From NCBI GenBank assembly GCA_015075625.1, contig JABTTZ010000001.1, forward strand, positions 2,047,021-2,111,020: a stretch of 64,000 nt of DNA, in the 5' to 3' direction. How positions within the stretch are numbered: the stretch's first letter is position 1; each line of letters begins with the position of its first letter. Position numbers and translations under genes: made by a program. The notes under the pieces are model-generated. The model searched no databases. It worked only from the letters and a program-made list of their open reading frames with translations, and had not been told where the DNA came from. Positions 39,286 through 48,824 of the stretch are shown here, piece after piece. This DNA comes from Anaerolineales bacterium. Lineage in GTDB: Bacteria > Chloroflexota > Anaerolineae > Aggregatilineales > UBA2796.

Positions 39286-39480
39286 AAGTGTAATAAAACT
39301 CCCTGTCCTGAATGACCGGTCAATGTTCGGTTGTGTTGATAGTGTAACCCCAGTGACCCCACCGCTAAAAGGCTTGTCTGGTAAGGAAAAGAAGGTATCG
39401 CCCATGGACACTCCAAGACAACAACGAAAGGATTGAACAATGGATAGGAATACCTTCTTCACCGAATTATAGGTGTAGAC

Positions 39481-39737
39481 GTTACACCGTTGCCCTCACC
39501 CCCTACCTCCTTCTCCCTCAGGGAGAAGGAGGAAAAGAGGTTTTGAGGGGCTTCCCCTCAAACATCCCCTTTGGATGAATACAGAGGAAACACGTTCAAC
39601 TGCGTAACTCACCTTACGCACAGACCCTCACCCCTAACCCCTCTCCCGCCACGCGGGAGAGGGGGAATGCACTTTTTTGAGGGGCCTCAAACTGCCCCTT
39701 TCGACGAATACGGGGTGAACAAACCCAACTGCGTAAG
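39481..39737 (+). repeat. RF1 MITE-like repeat, two tandem units (B1 39481-39607, B2 39608-39737)
   Basis: B1: gttacaccgttgccctcacc...ttttgaggggcttcccctcaaa...gttcaactgcgtaa. B2 flanked by 13-bp perfect TIR CTCACCTTACGCA...TGCGTAAGGTGAG with truncated TTTTTTGAGGGGCCTCAAA hairpin. Confidence 0.6.
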
Positions 39738-39859
39738 GTGAGCTGTGTAAGTCCTTCTATCGTATGGTTTTGTTGTGTCGTTCGATCACTACCATTCCTA
39801 AATTAACCATGCCACGCTTTATTGACACGGGCGACCACGTGGTCGCGCCCCTCCGAGGA

Positions 39860-40825
39860 TTATCCCCCCGCCGCCATCCTCTCGGTGGGAGTCATGAACT
39901 GCGCCCGCGCCCAATCGAACGTCTCCCGAATCGCCTGTGGGAAGGGTGTCGGTTTCAGACCAAAGGTGCGTTCCGCCTTCGCGCTGCTGATGATATACGG
40001 CTTCTCGAACTCGTACATCATCTCCACCGTCTCCCGCGCACCCGGGTTGAACAGCCCAAAGACGCTCATCATCAGGCGGTTGGCATAGCTCGCCTTCAGC
40101 GGCTTGCCCACCTCAGCGCTGATTAAGGTCAAGAACGCCTCTTGGGTAAGGGCGGGATTCGAGGGGGCGATCCATGCCTCCCCTAGCGCTTCCTCACGAG
40201 TCCCCAACGCTGCCAGCAATCGCCCGTAATCGGGGATATAGGTGAAGGTGTGGGGGACGTTCCCCTTGCCGAAGAACTGCACCCGCTTCCCCAAGAGCGC
40301 CGCCTTGTAGACCATCTCCGCGATCACGTCGTATTCCCCACCAAAGAAGGTGGAGGCACGTCCGATTGCCGCCCGCACTTCGCCGCGCCCGTGTGCCGCC
40401 ATAACCGCCGCCGCCATATCCCGCCGGATGATTCCCTTCTTCGAGATCGGCTTGATTGGGGACTCCTCGGTGATCGTCTGCCCACCGCCATCCCCGTACA
40501 GGTAGAGGTTATCCCCGACGATGAATTTTGCCCCGTTTGCCGCCGCCCCTTGCATAATCGAGGCTTGCAGCGCGGGGAATTTCCCTGCCCAGTCGTGGTA
40601 TTCCGGTTGGGCGCATTGGTAGATCGTCTCCGCATGGCGGGTGATCTGGATCACCGCTGTCGGATTGTAAGCATCCGCCGCCACAACCTCAACCTCGGCG
40701 GGCATCCCCGCCAGTTTCCCGCTGCGGTTGACCATCCGCACTTGTTTTCCCATGCCGATCAATGCCCGCGCCGTGTTCTTTCCTAGCGGTCCCGTCCCAA
40801 AAACGATGTGTAGCGTGCCAGCCAT
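39860..40825 (-). CDS. NAD(P)-dependent epimerase/dehydratase (SDR/NmrA-like)
   Basis: MAGTLHIVFGTGPLGKNTARAL Rossmann motif; SD AAGGA. Confidence 0.75.
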   Translation of the reverse strand: MAGTLHIVFGTGPLGKNTARALIGMGKQVRMVNRSGKLAGMPAEVEVVAADAYNPTAVIQITRHAETIYQCAQPEYHDWAGKFPALQASIMQGAAANGAKFIVGDNLYLYGDGGGQTITEESPIKPISKKGIIRRDMAAAVMAAHGRGEVRAAIGRASTFFGGEYDVIAEMVYKAALLGKRVQFFGKGNVPHTFTYIPDYGRLLAALGTREEALGEAWIAPSNPALTQEAFLTLISAEVGKPLKASYANRLMMSVFGLFNPGARETVEMMYEFEKPYIISSAKAERTFGLKPTPFPQAIRETFDWARAQFMTPTERMAAGG

Positions 40826-40912
40826 TGGTTACTGTCCTTTGTTTTCTCTGTTACGCTGCTTACTGTGTAGGTGTTCACGAGTCGCTCGTCAACAAGATAC
40901 GAAGAATCTCGC

Positions 40913-41037
40913 CTTATACAGTTGGATTTATTTCCCCTGTGTTTTGGCAAAGGGGCAGCTTGAGGGGGAAGCCCCCTCAAAACTAGGATTCCCCCTCTCC
41001 CCTTGTGAGGGTTAGGGAGTGAGGGCAACTGCGTAAT
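40913..41037 (-). repeat. RF1 MITE-like repeat, copy C
   Basis: cttatacagttgg...cttgagggggaagccccctcaaaac...gtgagggcaactgcgtaa; same orientation and modules as copy A. Confidence 0.6.
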
Positions 41038-41082
41038 CTCTGTAAGGATTAGTCCCCTTCACAAGCCCACTCCCTACATGCC

Positions 41083-41814
41083 CTATTCGTTGTCCCGCAC
41101 GATAATCCCGAAGGATTGGATCATGAAGCGCATTTGGGTGTCAAAATGGTGTGCCGTGTTCGCCACCACCCCTTGCAAATGGTTCAAGACCTCTAGGGTG
41201 ATCAGCCCGTGCATCTGACTCCAGCCGACAATGCCCAAGTAAAACGCCATGTCCGAAACCGGCTCGGCGTCTGGTTCGGCGGCGGCGTAATCTTGCCGCA
41301 GTTGGGCAATGCGCCCCGTCAGCGCCTGCGGCACGCGATCATAAGGGGGCTGCGGCTGATACCGTTCGGTCTTTAGCACATCCTCGATGGTGCGGATGAT
41401 CACCGCGAAGCCCCGCGCCACCGCCGGCACCGTCACCTCACGCGGGGCGACATAACCCGGAATCGGATTCCCATAGATCAACTGAAAATCCATTGGGTGA
41501 TCCACCGCCCATTGGCGGTATGCCCGCAGCACCCCCCGCAGGCGGAGGACGGGCGTTTCCTTCTTCATCTGTGCCGCCGCCGCCAGCGCATCGGAGAGCG
41601 CCGTAAAATCCTCAACAATCAGGGCGGTGATCAGATCGTCCACACTGTGAACGTAGGTGTAGAGTGCGGGGGGCGTCACCGCTAGTCTCTTGGCAATCCC
41701 CCGAATGGTGACTCCCGCTGTCCCTTTCTCTACCATCAGGGCGCGGGCGGCTTGCTTAATCGTGATGCTCATCGTTTCATGGGCAGCATCGCTGCGAACA
41801 CGGGGCATAACCAA
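41083..41814 (-). CDS. TetR/AcrR family transcriptional regulator
   Basis: HTH region AARALMVEKGTAGVTIRGIAKRLAVTPPALYTYV; SD AGGAAGGG. Confidence 0.8.
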   Translation of the reverse strand: MVMPRVRSDAAHETMSITIKQAARALMVEKGTAGVTIRGIAKRLAVTPPALYTYVHSVDDLITALIVEDFTALSDALAAAAQMKKETPVLRLRGVLRAYRQWAVDHPMDFQLIYGNPIPGYVAPREVTVPAVARGFAVIIRTIEDVLKTERYQPQPPYDRVPQALTGRIAQLRQDYAAAEPDAEPVSDMAFYLGIVGWSQMHGLITLEVLNHLQGVVANTAHHFDTQMRFMIQSFGIIVRDNE

Positions 41815-41842
41815 CCCTTCCTTTCGTTTCCTTTACGGCGTT

Positions 41843-41900
41843 AACTTTACACCGTTAACTTTTAAATAACTTTACACCGTTAACTTAACAATGTAAAGCG
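41843..41900. promoter_or_regulatory. Direct repeat 2x AACTTTACACCGTTAAC (25-bp period) plus CTTTACA-N-TGTAAAG inverted repeat; candidate TetR operator in the TetR/mutase divergent promoter region
   Basis: ttaactttacaccgttaacttttaaataactttacaccgttaacttaacaatgtaaagcg between the divergent TetR (41814) and mutase (42066) starts. Confidence 0.45.
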
Positions 41901-42065
41901 AATGATTGTTAGAGAATTGTCTATACAGTCAAAAAGGGTGTTAAAGGCACGGTGTTGGGGTGAGGCGTGGTTTTGTTGACGGGCTGTGTCATAATTTGTG
42001 CATCACGCACAAACAAGACCATGCCCAATCACTGCCCGATCATTTTTTGATAAGGAGCGCCTTTT

Positions 42066-43748
42066 ATGTACGACGCGAAACGCTTAGAAGAACTTGAATC
42101 CGCCCTTGATTCGTGGGAGCGGGAGACGCTCCAACCGACACTGGGGAAAATGCCCGAACGCCGGAAAACGTTCATCACAACGAGCGGCAAGGCGATCAAG
42201 CGGCTCTACACACCTGCCGATCTGGGCGAATTCGACTACCTGCGCGATCTCGGTCTGCCCGGCGAGTATCCCTACACGCGGGGCGTCCATGCGACGGGGC
42301 ATCGGGGCAAGCTGTGGACGATGCGCATGTTTGCCGGCTTTGGCACGGCGGAGGAGACAAACGCCCGCTACAAGTACCTGCTCTCGCAAGGGAATATGGG
42401 GCTTTCCGTCGCCTTTGACCTACCCACCCTGATGGGCTACGACTCGGATGCGCCAGAAGCGCTAGGCGAGTTTGGGAAATGCGGCGTTGCCGTTGCCTCG
42501 CTGCGGGATATGGAGCGCCTTTTCGAGGGGATTCCTCTTGGAGAGATCAGCACAAGCATGACGATCAATAGTCCCGCCGCCGTGATCTGGGCGTTTTACA
42601 TTGCCGCCGCCGAAAAACAGGGCGTCCCCATGTCTGCGCTGCGGGGGACGCTCCAAAACGACATTTTGAAGGAATACATCGCCCAAAAGGAATACATCTT
42701 CCCGCCAGAACCGTCGATGCGCCTTGTCACCGATACGATTGAGTTTGGGGCAAAGCATATGCCGCTGTGGAACACGATCAGCATCAGCGGGTATCACATT
42801 CGGGAGGCAGGTAGCACAGCCATTCAGGAGCTTGCTTTCACCCTTGCCGATGGCATTGAGTATGTGAAGTGGGCGCGGCAGCGGGGACTGGAGATTGACG
42901 ACTTCGCCCCGCGCCTGTCATTTTTCTTCAACGTTCACAACGATTTCTTTGAGGAGATCGCTAAGCTGCGGGCGGCGCGGCGTATTTGGGCGCGGGAGAT
43001 GCGCGAGACGTTCGGGGCAAAAGACCCCCGCTCGTGGCTGATGCGCTTCCACTGTCAAACGGCGGGAGTCAGCCTGACGGCGCAGCAGCCGGAGATCAAC
43101 ATCGTGCGGGTGGCGATTCAGGCGTTGGGGGCTGTCCTCGGCGGGGCGCAGTCGCTCCACACGAACAGCATGGACGAGGCGCTGGCGCTGCCGAGCGAAA
43201 AAGCGGTGACGATTGCCCTCCGCACGCAGCAGATTATCGCTGCCGAAAGTGGCGTGACGAACACACTTGACCCGCTCGGAGGATCCTACTTCCTAGAGAC
43301 ACTGACGAACGAGACGGAAGCTGCTGTGTACGATTACTTCCGTCGCATTGAGGCGTATGGGGGGCTGCTGCCGGCGCTGGATGCCGGATTTATGCAGCAA
43401 GAGATCGCTGACGCCGCCTTCCGCTATCAACGGGAGATGGAAGCGGGCGAACAGATCATGATCGGGGTGAATCAGTACGCGGAGACGAACGGAAAGATTG
43501 ACATTCCGATTTTGGTGATGGACCCGAAGGGATATGAGAAGCAGGCGGCGGGCTTAGCCGAACTGCGCCAGACGCGGGACAACGAGAAGGTTGGAACGGC
43601 GCTGAGCGCCCTCCACGCGGCGGCGGGGGGGACGGAAAACCTGATGCCACACCTCTTAGACTGCGCCCGCGCCTATTGCACCCTTCAAGAGATCATGGAC
43701 GTGCTGCGGGTGCAGTTCGGACTCCATGTGGAAAAAGAGGTGCTGTAG
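42066..43748 (+). CDS. Acyl-CoA mutase large subunit, catalytic (substrate-binding TIM barrel) domain only (methylmalonyl-/isobutyryl-CoA mutase family)
   Basis: [64 protein letters not shown]; 560 aa with no C-terminal B12-binding domain; SD AAGGAG. Confidence 0.85.
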   Translation: MYDAKRLEELESALDSWERETLQPTLGKMPERRKTFITTSGKAIKRLYTPADLGEFDYLRDLGLPGEYPYTRGVHATGHRGKLWTMRMFAGFGTAEETNARYKYLLSQGNMGLSVAFDLPTLMGYDSDAPEALGEFGKCGVAVASLRDMERLFEGIPLGEISTSMTINSPAAVIWAFYIAAAEKQGVPMSALRGTLQNDILKEYIAQKEYIFPPEPSMRLVTDTIEFGAKHMPLWNTISISGYHIREAGSTAIQELAFTLADGIEYVKWARQRGLEIDDFAPRLSFFFNVHNDFFEEIAKLRAARRIWAREMRETFGAKDPRSWLMRFHCQTAGVSLTAQQPEINIVRVAIQALGAVLGGAQSLHTNSMDEALALPSEKAVTIALRTQQIIAAESGVTNTLDPLGGSYFLETLTNETEAAVYDYFRRIEAYGGLLPALDAGFMQQEIADAAFRYQREMEAGEQIMIGVNQYAETNGKIDIPILVMDPKGYEKQAAGLAELRQTRDNEKVGTALSALHAAAGGTENLMPHLLDCARAYCTLQEIMDVLRVQFGLHVEKEVL

Positions 43749-43776
43749 GGGGCAATAGCAGATGCCTAGACAAAGC

Positions 43777-43925
43777 GGACGCCCCAAGAGGGCGTCCCTA
43801 CGGGGATGCGGGGAGGCACGGGGCTAAAGCCTGCGTGCTGAAAGCAGATTTTGGGTCTTTCCCTGCTTTCAGCCCCGTCCTTTAGGGCGGGACGGTCAAT
43901 CCTAACCGTCCGGCGCAAACCCGGG
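43777..43925. repeat. Hairpin-dense intergenic block with two RF2-related units in inverted orientation between convergent genes
   Basis: Successive perfect stems: GACGCCC-caagag-GGCGTC; GGGCTAAAGCC; GCTGAAAGCAG and its inverted partner CCCTGCTTTCAGCCCC; GGACGG-tcaatcctaa-CCGTCC. Confidence 0.5.
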
Positions 43926-43941
43926 CGCATACAATGCGCCC

Positions 43942-45972
43942 CTACTTTGAGTCTGGCTCTGCCGTTCCACCGGGCGTGCCGACACCGCTTTCCGGTTTGC
44001 GGGCAAGATTTTGCATGATGTCGTCGCGCAGGCGCTTGATTTCCTCTGGCATTTGCCCGCCGTTTTGGGTAGGGGTAACGCCCAAGTTTAGTTTTTCGGA
44101 GAGCAAGAGCATCATCAGCCCTTCAAAGGCGCTGTATGAGCCGCCCTGCCCGTTCGTGCCGCCGCCGCCATTGCCGACGACCATGCGCGGCACGATGTCC
44201 ACGCCGGAGGTCTCCACCGCTTGGGCGAACCGATCAATCGATTCCTGCAAAACTTGGTACTGCGGTCCGCCATAGGCACGGACTTGTTCTTCGATGGCAA
44301 GGGCTTTGGCAATACCGATACGCGCCTCGCGCTCTGCCTCTGCCTCTGCCAGCGCCTTGATCTTCGCCGCATCTTGGAGCGAACGTTGGTAAGCCGCCTT
44401 CCCGACGTTGCTTTCGACGTTGATGTTGATTTGCGATTCGGTCAGCGCCGTTTGCGATTTCGCCACCGATTCTGCCTCACGCAGTTCGCGCTCTTTTTCG
44501 GCGGCAGTCTGCTTGCGGCTGTAGGTTTCAACCTGCTCAATGGCGATCTGGCGATCCCGCAGTTGGGCGAGGATTTCCTCGATTTTGCGGTCTTGCGCCG
44601 AGGACGAGGGCGTGCCGATCAGAACTTCCTCCAATTCGAGGTTGTAATGCTCAAAGCGTTCCTTCATTTCCTCGGAGGACTGCTTCTGGATTTGCGAACG
44701 CTCTTGGATCAGTTGGATCAGCGTGCGTGTTTGCCCAATGTTCTTGAAGTAGGCGGCAACCATGGGGTCAAGCGTTTGCTCGACAAGACGCTTGATGTCG
44801 CCAAAGCGCTGGATGACGAGGGGCGCTTTGCGGTAGTCGATATGCATGACGACGGAGAGGGGCAGCAGCGGTTCAAAAGCATCTTTGGTGATCAGTTCAA
44901 TGGCGGAGAGGTTCTCATCGAAGCGGTGAGAGCCAATTTCGTCCCTGTTCCATTTGAGGATGATGTTTGTGGTGGGGACGGTGATCACCTTACCGGCATA
45001 GGTGTTGAAGGCATATTTGCCCGGCATAAGTGCCTCACTCCAAACACCTTTTTGCCCCCGTGCCACCATCTCACCGTGTTTGTATTCCTCACCGGAGAGG
45101 TCGCCGCCGCGTTCGCCAATGTAGGAAACGACAACGCCCACATAGCCGACTTCGATGGTTGTTTTATCAATCATCTCAACGGTAGCGAACAAGCGGTTGA
45201 TGTAATACGTGCCTTCGACAAGGGTATGGTATTGGCGTCCGCGCCGCCCGCCCGCTTTGAGGAACTTTTCGGTGTCTTGGAAGTTGTTGTGATAGGTGGC
45301 TGGTTGTGCCGGATCGTTGCCGACGGTGGGAGCGATGATCTCCTCTTGATCAAGGGAGGGTCCGTCATGAACGGTGACAATGCCCACTTTGTCATCCGAG
45401 CCGCGAATGACGACGGGGCGAAAGCCATCACGCTCTTGGATGAGCGCCGCCATACGCTTGAACACGGCTTCTTCATCGCGGCTGATGGGCAGGTAATAAA
45501 TGCCCTCTTGGGTGAAGACGATGAACTGGACGAGGTTAAGGGCATACGTCCCTTCACGGAGGATTTCCCGCTGCGGTCCGCGCTGCCCGCTGCCGCGTAG
45601 GAATGCCTCCATATTTTGGAAGGTTTTTGCCTCTGGGACGACATTTGCCAGTGTTTGGGTGGGCGCCATCGGCACACCGTCACGGGCAAACACGTAGCCA
45701 ATTTGCCCCTGGGGGATGGTCACCAGCGGGGCGAGATGGACTTTGTATTGGAAGGGCATCAGCCAGCGCAGACCGCCGCGCAAGACTTCGGGTTGATAGC
45801 CGGCTTCTTTGTTGAGCGCGATGAAACTATCCGATTTCACCGAGCCTTTGGTGGCAAAACGTTTTTCGACAATCCCCACCTTGTTGTTGGGGACATAACG
45901 AATACCCATCAACACGAAGATGAGTATGGCAAGAATAATCAGTGGGACGACAATTGCAACGAGGGCGCCCAT
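43942..45972 (-). CDS. Flotillin-like SPFH/band-7 protein (YqiK/FloA-like) with long coiled-coil and Gly-rich C-terminal extension
   Basis: N-terminal TM MGALVAIVVPLIILAILIFVLMG, SPFH-domain blocks, long EA-rich coiled coil. ORF track extends to 46017. Confidence 0.8.
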   Translation of the reverse strand: MGALVAIVVPLIILAILIFVLMGIRYVPNNKVGIVEKRFATKGSVKSDSFIALNKEAGYQPEVLRGGLRWLMPFQYKVHLAPLVTIPQGQIGYVFARDGVPMAPTQTLANVVPEAKTFQNMEAFLRGSGQRGPQREILREGTYALNLVQFIVFTQEGIYYLPISRDEEAVFKRMAALIQERDGFRPVVIRGSDDKVGIVTVHDGPSLDQEEIIAPTVGNDPAQPATYHNNFQDTEKFLKAGGRRGRQYHTLVEGTYYINRLFATVEMIDKTTIEVGYVGVVVSYIGERGGDLSGEEYKHGEMVARGQKGVWSEALMPGKYAFNTYAGKVITVPTTNIILKWNRDEIGSHRFDENLSAIELITKDAFEPLLPLSVVMHIDYRKAPLVIQRFGDIKRLVEQTLDPMVAAYFKNIGQTRTLIQLIQERSQIQKQSSEEMKERFEHYNLELEEVLIGTPSSSAQDRKIEEILAQLRDRQIAIEQVETYSRKQTAAEKERELREAESVAKSQTALTESQININVESNVGKAAYQRSLQDAAKIKALAEAEAEREARIGIAKALAIEEQVRAYGGPQYQVLQESIDRFAQAVETSGVDIVPRMVVGNGGGGTNGQGGSYSAFEGLMMLLLSEKLNLGVTPTQNGGQMPEEIKRLRDDIMQNLARKPESGVGTPGGTAEPDSK

Positions 45973-46025
45973 AAATTGCCTAAATCCCTTTCTTATGCTC
46001 AGGGGTGAGCATGACATAGGTAGAC

Positions 46026-46506
46026 GTTACACAGTTGCCCTTATCCCCCTGCCTCCCTCTGCCTCCCTCTGCCTCCCTTCTCCCAGTGGGAGAAGGAGGA
46101 ATCCATTGTTTGAGGGGGAAGCCCCCTCAAACTTCCCCTTTCGATGAATACAGGGTAAACAGGCGCAACTGCGTAAGCCGTAATAGGATCACACCAATGA
46201 ATCGTACACCCGATCAGAGATTAAGATATACCCCCAATGGTTAGGGGGGAAGAACATCTCCTAGTTCACCAGAAAAATTTCTAACTCACTCACCTTACGC
46301 ACAGCCCCTCACCCCCTCGCCCGTGTAGTGGGGGATTCTCTTTGGGAGGGGTGCTGCCCCTCCCCACCCTTTTATACAGCTAATCTCAGGGAGAATCACA
46401 TTGTTTGCGTAAGGTGAGCTTATCCCCCCGCCCCTTTCCCTATAGACAGGGAAAGGCGAGAAATTCTGCGGGCGAGGAGGATGAGGGCAACTGCGCAACG
46501 TCTGTG
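46026..46506 (+). repeat. RF1 repeat array: unit D1 46026-46176 (canonical), D2 46286-46418 (variant with GGAGGGGTGCTGCCCCTCC hairpin, 16-bp TIR), D3 46419-46506 (CCCTTTCCCT...GGGAAAGG module)
   Basis: D1 gttacacagttgccc...tttgagggggaagccccctcaaac...gcgcaactgcgtaag. D2 ctcaccttacgcacag...ttgtttgcgtaaggtgagc. D3 ends gagggcaactgcgcaac. Confidence 0.6.
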
Positions 46507-46636
46507 AATTAGAAAAAATGTCGGAAGGTTTGGATAGAAAATGGTTAAGATCGTATTACCTGCAATGTTCCATGATAGAATGGCGTTTGATGAAGGATGT
46601 TTTTAACTGAGAACAATTGTTTAGAAAGGCGGAGGG

Positions 46637-46996
46637 ATGTACACGAAGAATGAGTTGCTCTTTCCCCATTACGTCATCGCCAGTCTGCGTAATTTACGCG
46701 GCGAGGAATGGCAGCAGCTTGTCGCCCGTGTCTTAGCTGTTCCCGAAGGGGATGAGATGAGCCTCGCCTTCGTGCTGATGATGATCCGGCTGGATGGTTG
46801 TCTTGCCTGCGAGACGGATAGCTATCGTGCCATGCGGGGTTGTGCCGCCTGTGCCACGCAAACCTTGCGGCGCTATAAAGGGTCGGATCGGGAATTGACA
46901 CGCCTATTTCAAGCGGCATTAGAAGATATTCGCCGCCACCTGCACGGACGTTCGCTGGAAAACGATGACGATGTAGCCGCCGTGAACGTCTCTTAG
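46637..46996 (+). CDS. Hypothetical 119-aa cytoplasmic protein with two Cys pairs (CLACE...CAAC)
   Basis: ORF with SD GGCGGAGGG; preceded by an AT-rich 130-bp segment; no recognisable family. Confidence 0.4.
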   Translation: MYTKNELLFPHYVIASLRNLRGEEWQQLVARVLAVPEGDEMSLAFVLMMIRLDGCLACETDSYRAMRGCAACATQTLRRYKGSDRELTRLFQAALEDIRRHLHGRSLENDDDVAAVNVS

Positions 46997-47003
46997 TCTA
47001 GGG

Positions 47004-48644
47004 TTATTTCTGTGCGGCGGCGGTGGGCGTCGCTTGGGGGTCTAGCCGGAGCGGGTCGGCATCCCGAAGGTATTCTGCCCGAATGGGGGCAATGCCCCGA
47101 TAGGCGTTTTCGCCCAACGCCTGCCACAAATCCGCCGGAGTGAGAATGCTGCCGCGCCCTCTCTCTAGGTAGCGCCGCAGCCAAGCAAAAAAGAGCGTAT
47201 CGCCTAGCCCCTCCCGAATCGCCTGAACCATTTGCGCCCCACGCAAATAAACAGCATTGATGTAGCTCCGTGTGTCGGAAAAATCGTAGATGCTGGCATC
47301 GACATAGCCGCGAGGCTGGTATTGTTTGACGCGGAACGTCCACCACCAGGCCACATCCTCTGCCGATTTCGTCTCCAAATAGAGCGCCTCGCAATAGAGC
47401 GCCAATGCCTCGTCCAAGAAGGGGGACAGGCTCTGATCATTGGTGACAAGGGCATAAAACCATTGATGAGCAACCTCGTGCGCCGTGATCAGCGTCAGCC
47501 ATGAATCCAACTGCCCCCGATAGAGATCAAACCACTGTGTGCCAACGTAGACAATGCCGCTGTATTCCATCCCATCGAAGAAATCACCCTCGACAATGGC
47601 AAGGCGCGGGGCAGGAATCGCCCCGAACAGGGCGGTATAGCGTTCGGCTGCCTCGCGTGCCGTTTGGAGGGCATGTTTTGCCCCTTCGGAGGGGGCATCG
47701 TCTTTGCGGCGGGGGAAGTAGTAGAGATCAATCGCAAGCCCATCCGCCGTTGTCGCGGAGAGGGTGCGCATGGCGTCTGTCACGGTGAGCGTGAACGAGC
47801 GCCCACCGTTCAGGGTGAACTGCCAACCGCCATCGGCAGTACGTTCGGCAATGCCTGGGGCAATCACATCAACGTTAGGGGCGTTTTGGACGCTGACGCG
47901 AAGGCGAAAATGTGCCATCTCCGAATAGGTGTATTCGCCCACCCGCCCAGCCTCTGGGGTAAGCCACTGCCCCTTACGGAAGGGGGCGATCTCTGGGAGG
48001 AGATAGCCCATGTTCATCTGACGGGCGGTGTAGGCGAAGGCACGCATCCGCGCCGCCTCTAATTTGGGGACAGTCAGGGTAAAGCGAACATCAAGGGCGA
48101 TTAGGCAATCGGGGCGGAGCGGTTCATCAAGGCGTATGGTGAGCCGCCCCCCCTCAAGGGTATAGCCAACAATGGCATTTTTGCCCGTACTTACGGCGCT
48201 TGCTAAGGTGAGGTTATCCAGCAAAAAGACACCCGCCGAACGGTTTGGATCGACGTTGAGAACGAGGTTAGAGAGATCGCGTCCGGTGGGGTTGCGGTAG
48301 GTAATGCGCAAGGCGGCAGCGGCGGTTTTTTCGGCGTAATTGACGCGAATATCCCCTTCGTAAAGGGCGGCTGGCTCGCCAAGCGCAAGGGGAATACAGG
48401 GGGCGGCGGGCAGCGCGGCGGGAGCGGTGGGAACGAGGGCAGCGGCGGCAGCGGTATTCGTCGTCAGGGCGGGGCGCGTCGCCGTGATTACCGGAGCGGG
48501 GGTGGCGAAAGCGCTCTCCCCTGAGGGAGAGGCGGCAGGCGGTTCTGTTGCACTTAGGTTGCAGGCAAGAAGGGCGAATAGCACGGCACAAAGGCGCACG
48601 GTGAAGTCACCCTTAGAAAGTTTAACCCGCATAGAAGATTCCAT
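47004..48644 (-). CDS. M1-family zinc metallopeptidase (aminopeptidase N-like), probable lipoprotein
   Basis: HEVAHQWFYALV...E gluzincin motif with DEALALYCE; signal peptide with lipobox LLAC. Confidence 0.75.
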   Translation of the reverse strand: MESSMRVKLSKGDFTVRLCAVLFALLACNLSATEPPAASPSGESAFATPAPVITATRPALTTNTAAAAALVPTAPAALPAAPCIPLALGEPAALYEGDIRVNYAEKTAAAALRITYRNPTGRDLSNLVLNVDPNRSAGVFLLDNLTLASAVSTGKNAIVGYTLEGGRLTIRLDEPLRPDCLIALDVRFTLTVPKLEAARMRAFAYTARQMNMGYLLPEIAPFRKGQWLTPEAGRVGEYTYSEMAHFRLRVSVQNAPNVDVIAPGIAERTADGGWQFTLNGGRSFTLTVTDAMRTLSATTADGLAIDLYYFPRRKDDAPSEGAKHALQTAREAAERYTALFGAIPAPRLAIVEGDFFDGMEYSGIVYVGTQWFDLYRGQLDSWLTLITAHEVAHQWFYALVTNDQSLSPFLDEALALYCEALYLETKSAEDVAWWWTFRVKQYQPRGYVDASIYDFSDTRSYINAVYLRGAQMVQAIREGLGDTLFFAWLRRYLERGRGSILTPADLWQALGENAYRGIAPIRAEYLRDADPLRLDPQATPTAAAQK

Positions 48645-48824
48645 TTTGCCCCATAAAAAATGAACGCAACTCCCATGATAGACAATGACAACCCTACTTC
48701 AGTATTGTTAAGGAAATGGGTGAGACAAACTATTCAGCCGCCTGATTGACGCCGTACCGAGCGTTCCTGTAGGCTTATGCCCGTCAAGGTTGGAAATCAT
48801 ACCGAAAGAAAGGCTAAAGACAAC

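Noticed and set aside
38173-39315. 380-aa plus-strand ORF
   Set aside because: Antisense of the amidohydrolase gene; Arg/Pro-rich.
44221-45600. 459-aa plus-strand ORF
   Set aside because: Antisense of the flotillin gene.
3629-46506. Repeat loci as a possible CRISPR array
   Set aside because: Units are about 125-150 bp with TIRs, irregularly spaced, in both orientations, with no unique spacers of constant length and no cas genes.
48700-48776. Fur/DtxR-type box upstream of the Fe(III) transporter (GATAGACAATGACAAC)
   Set aside because: Only a weak hexamer resemblance to the Fur consensus and no IdeR-like palindrome; cannot support.
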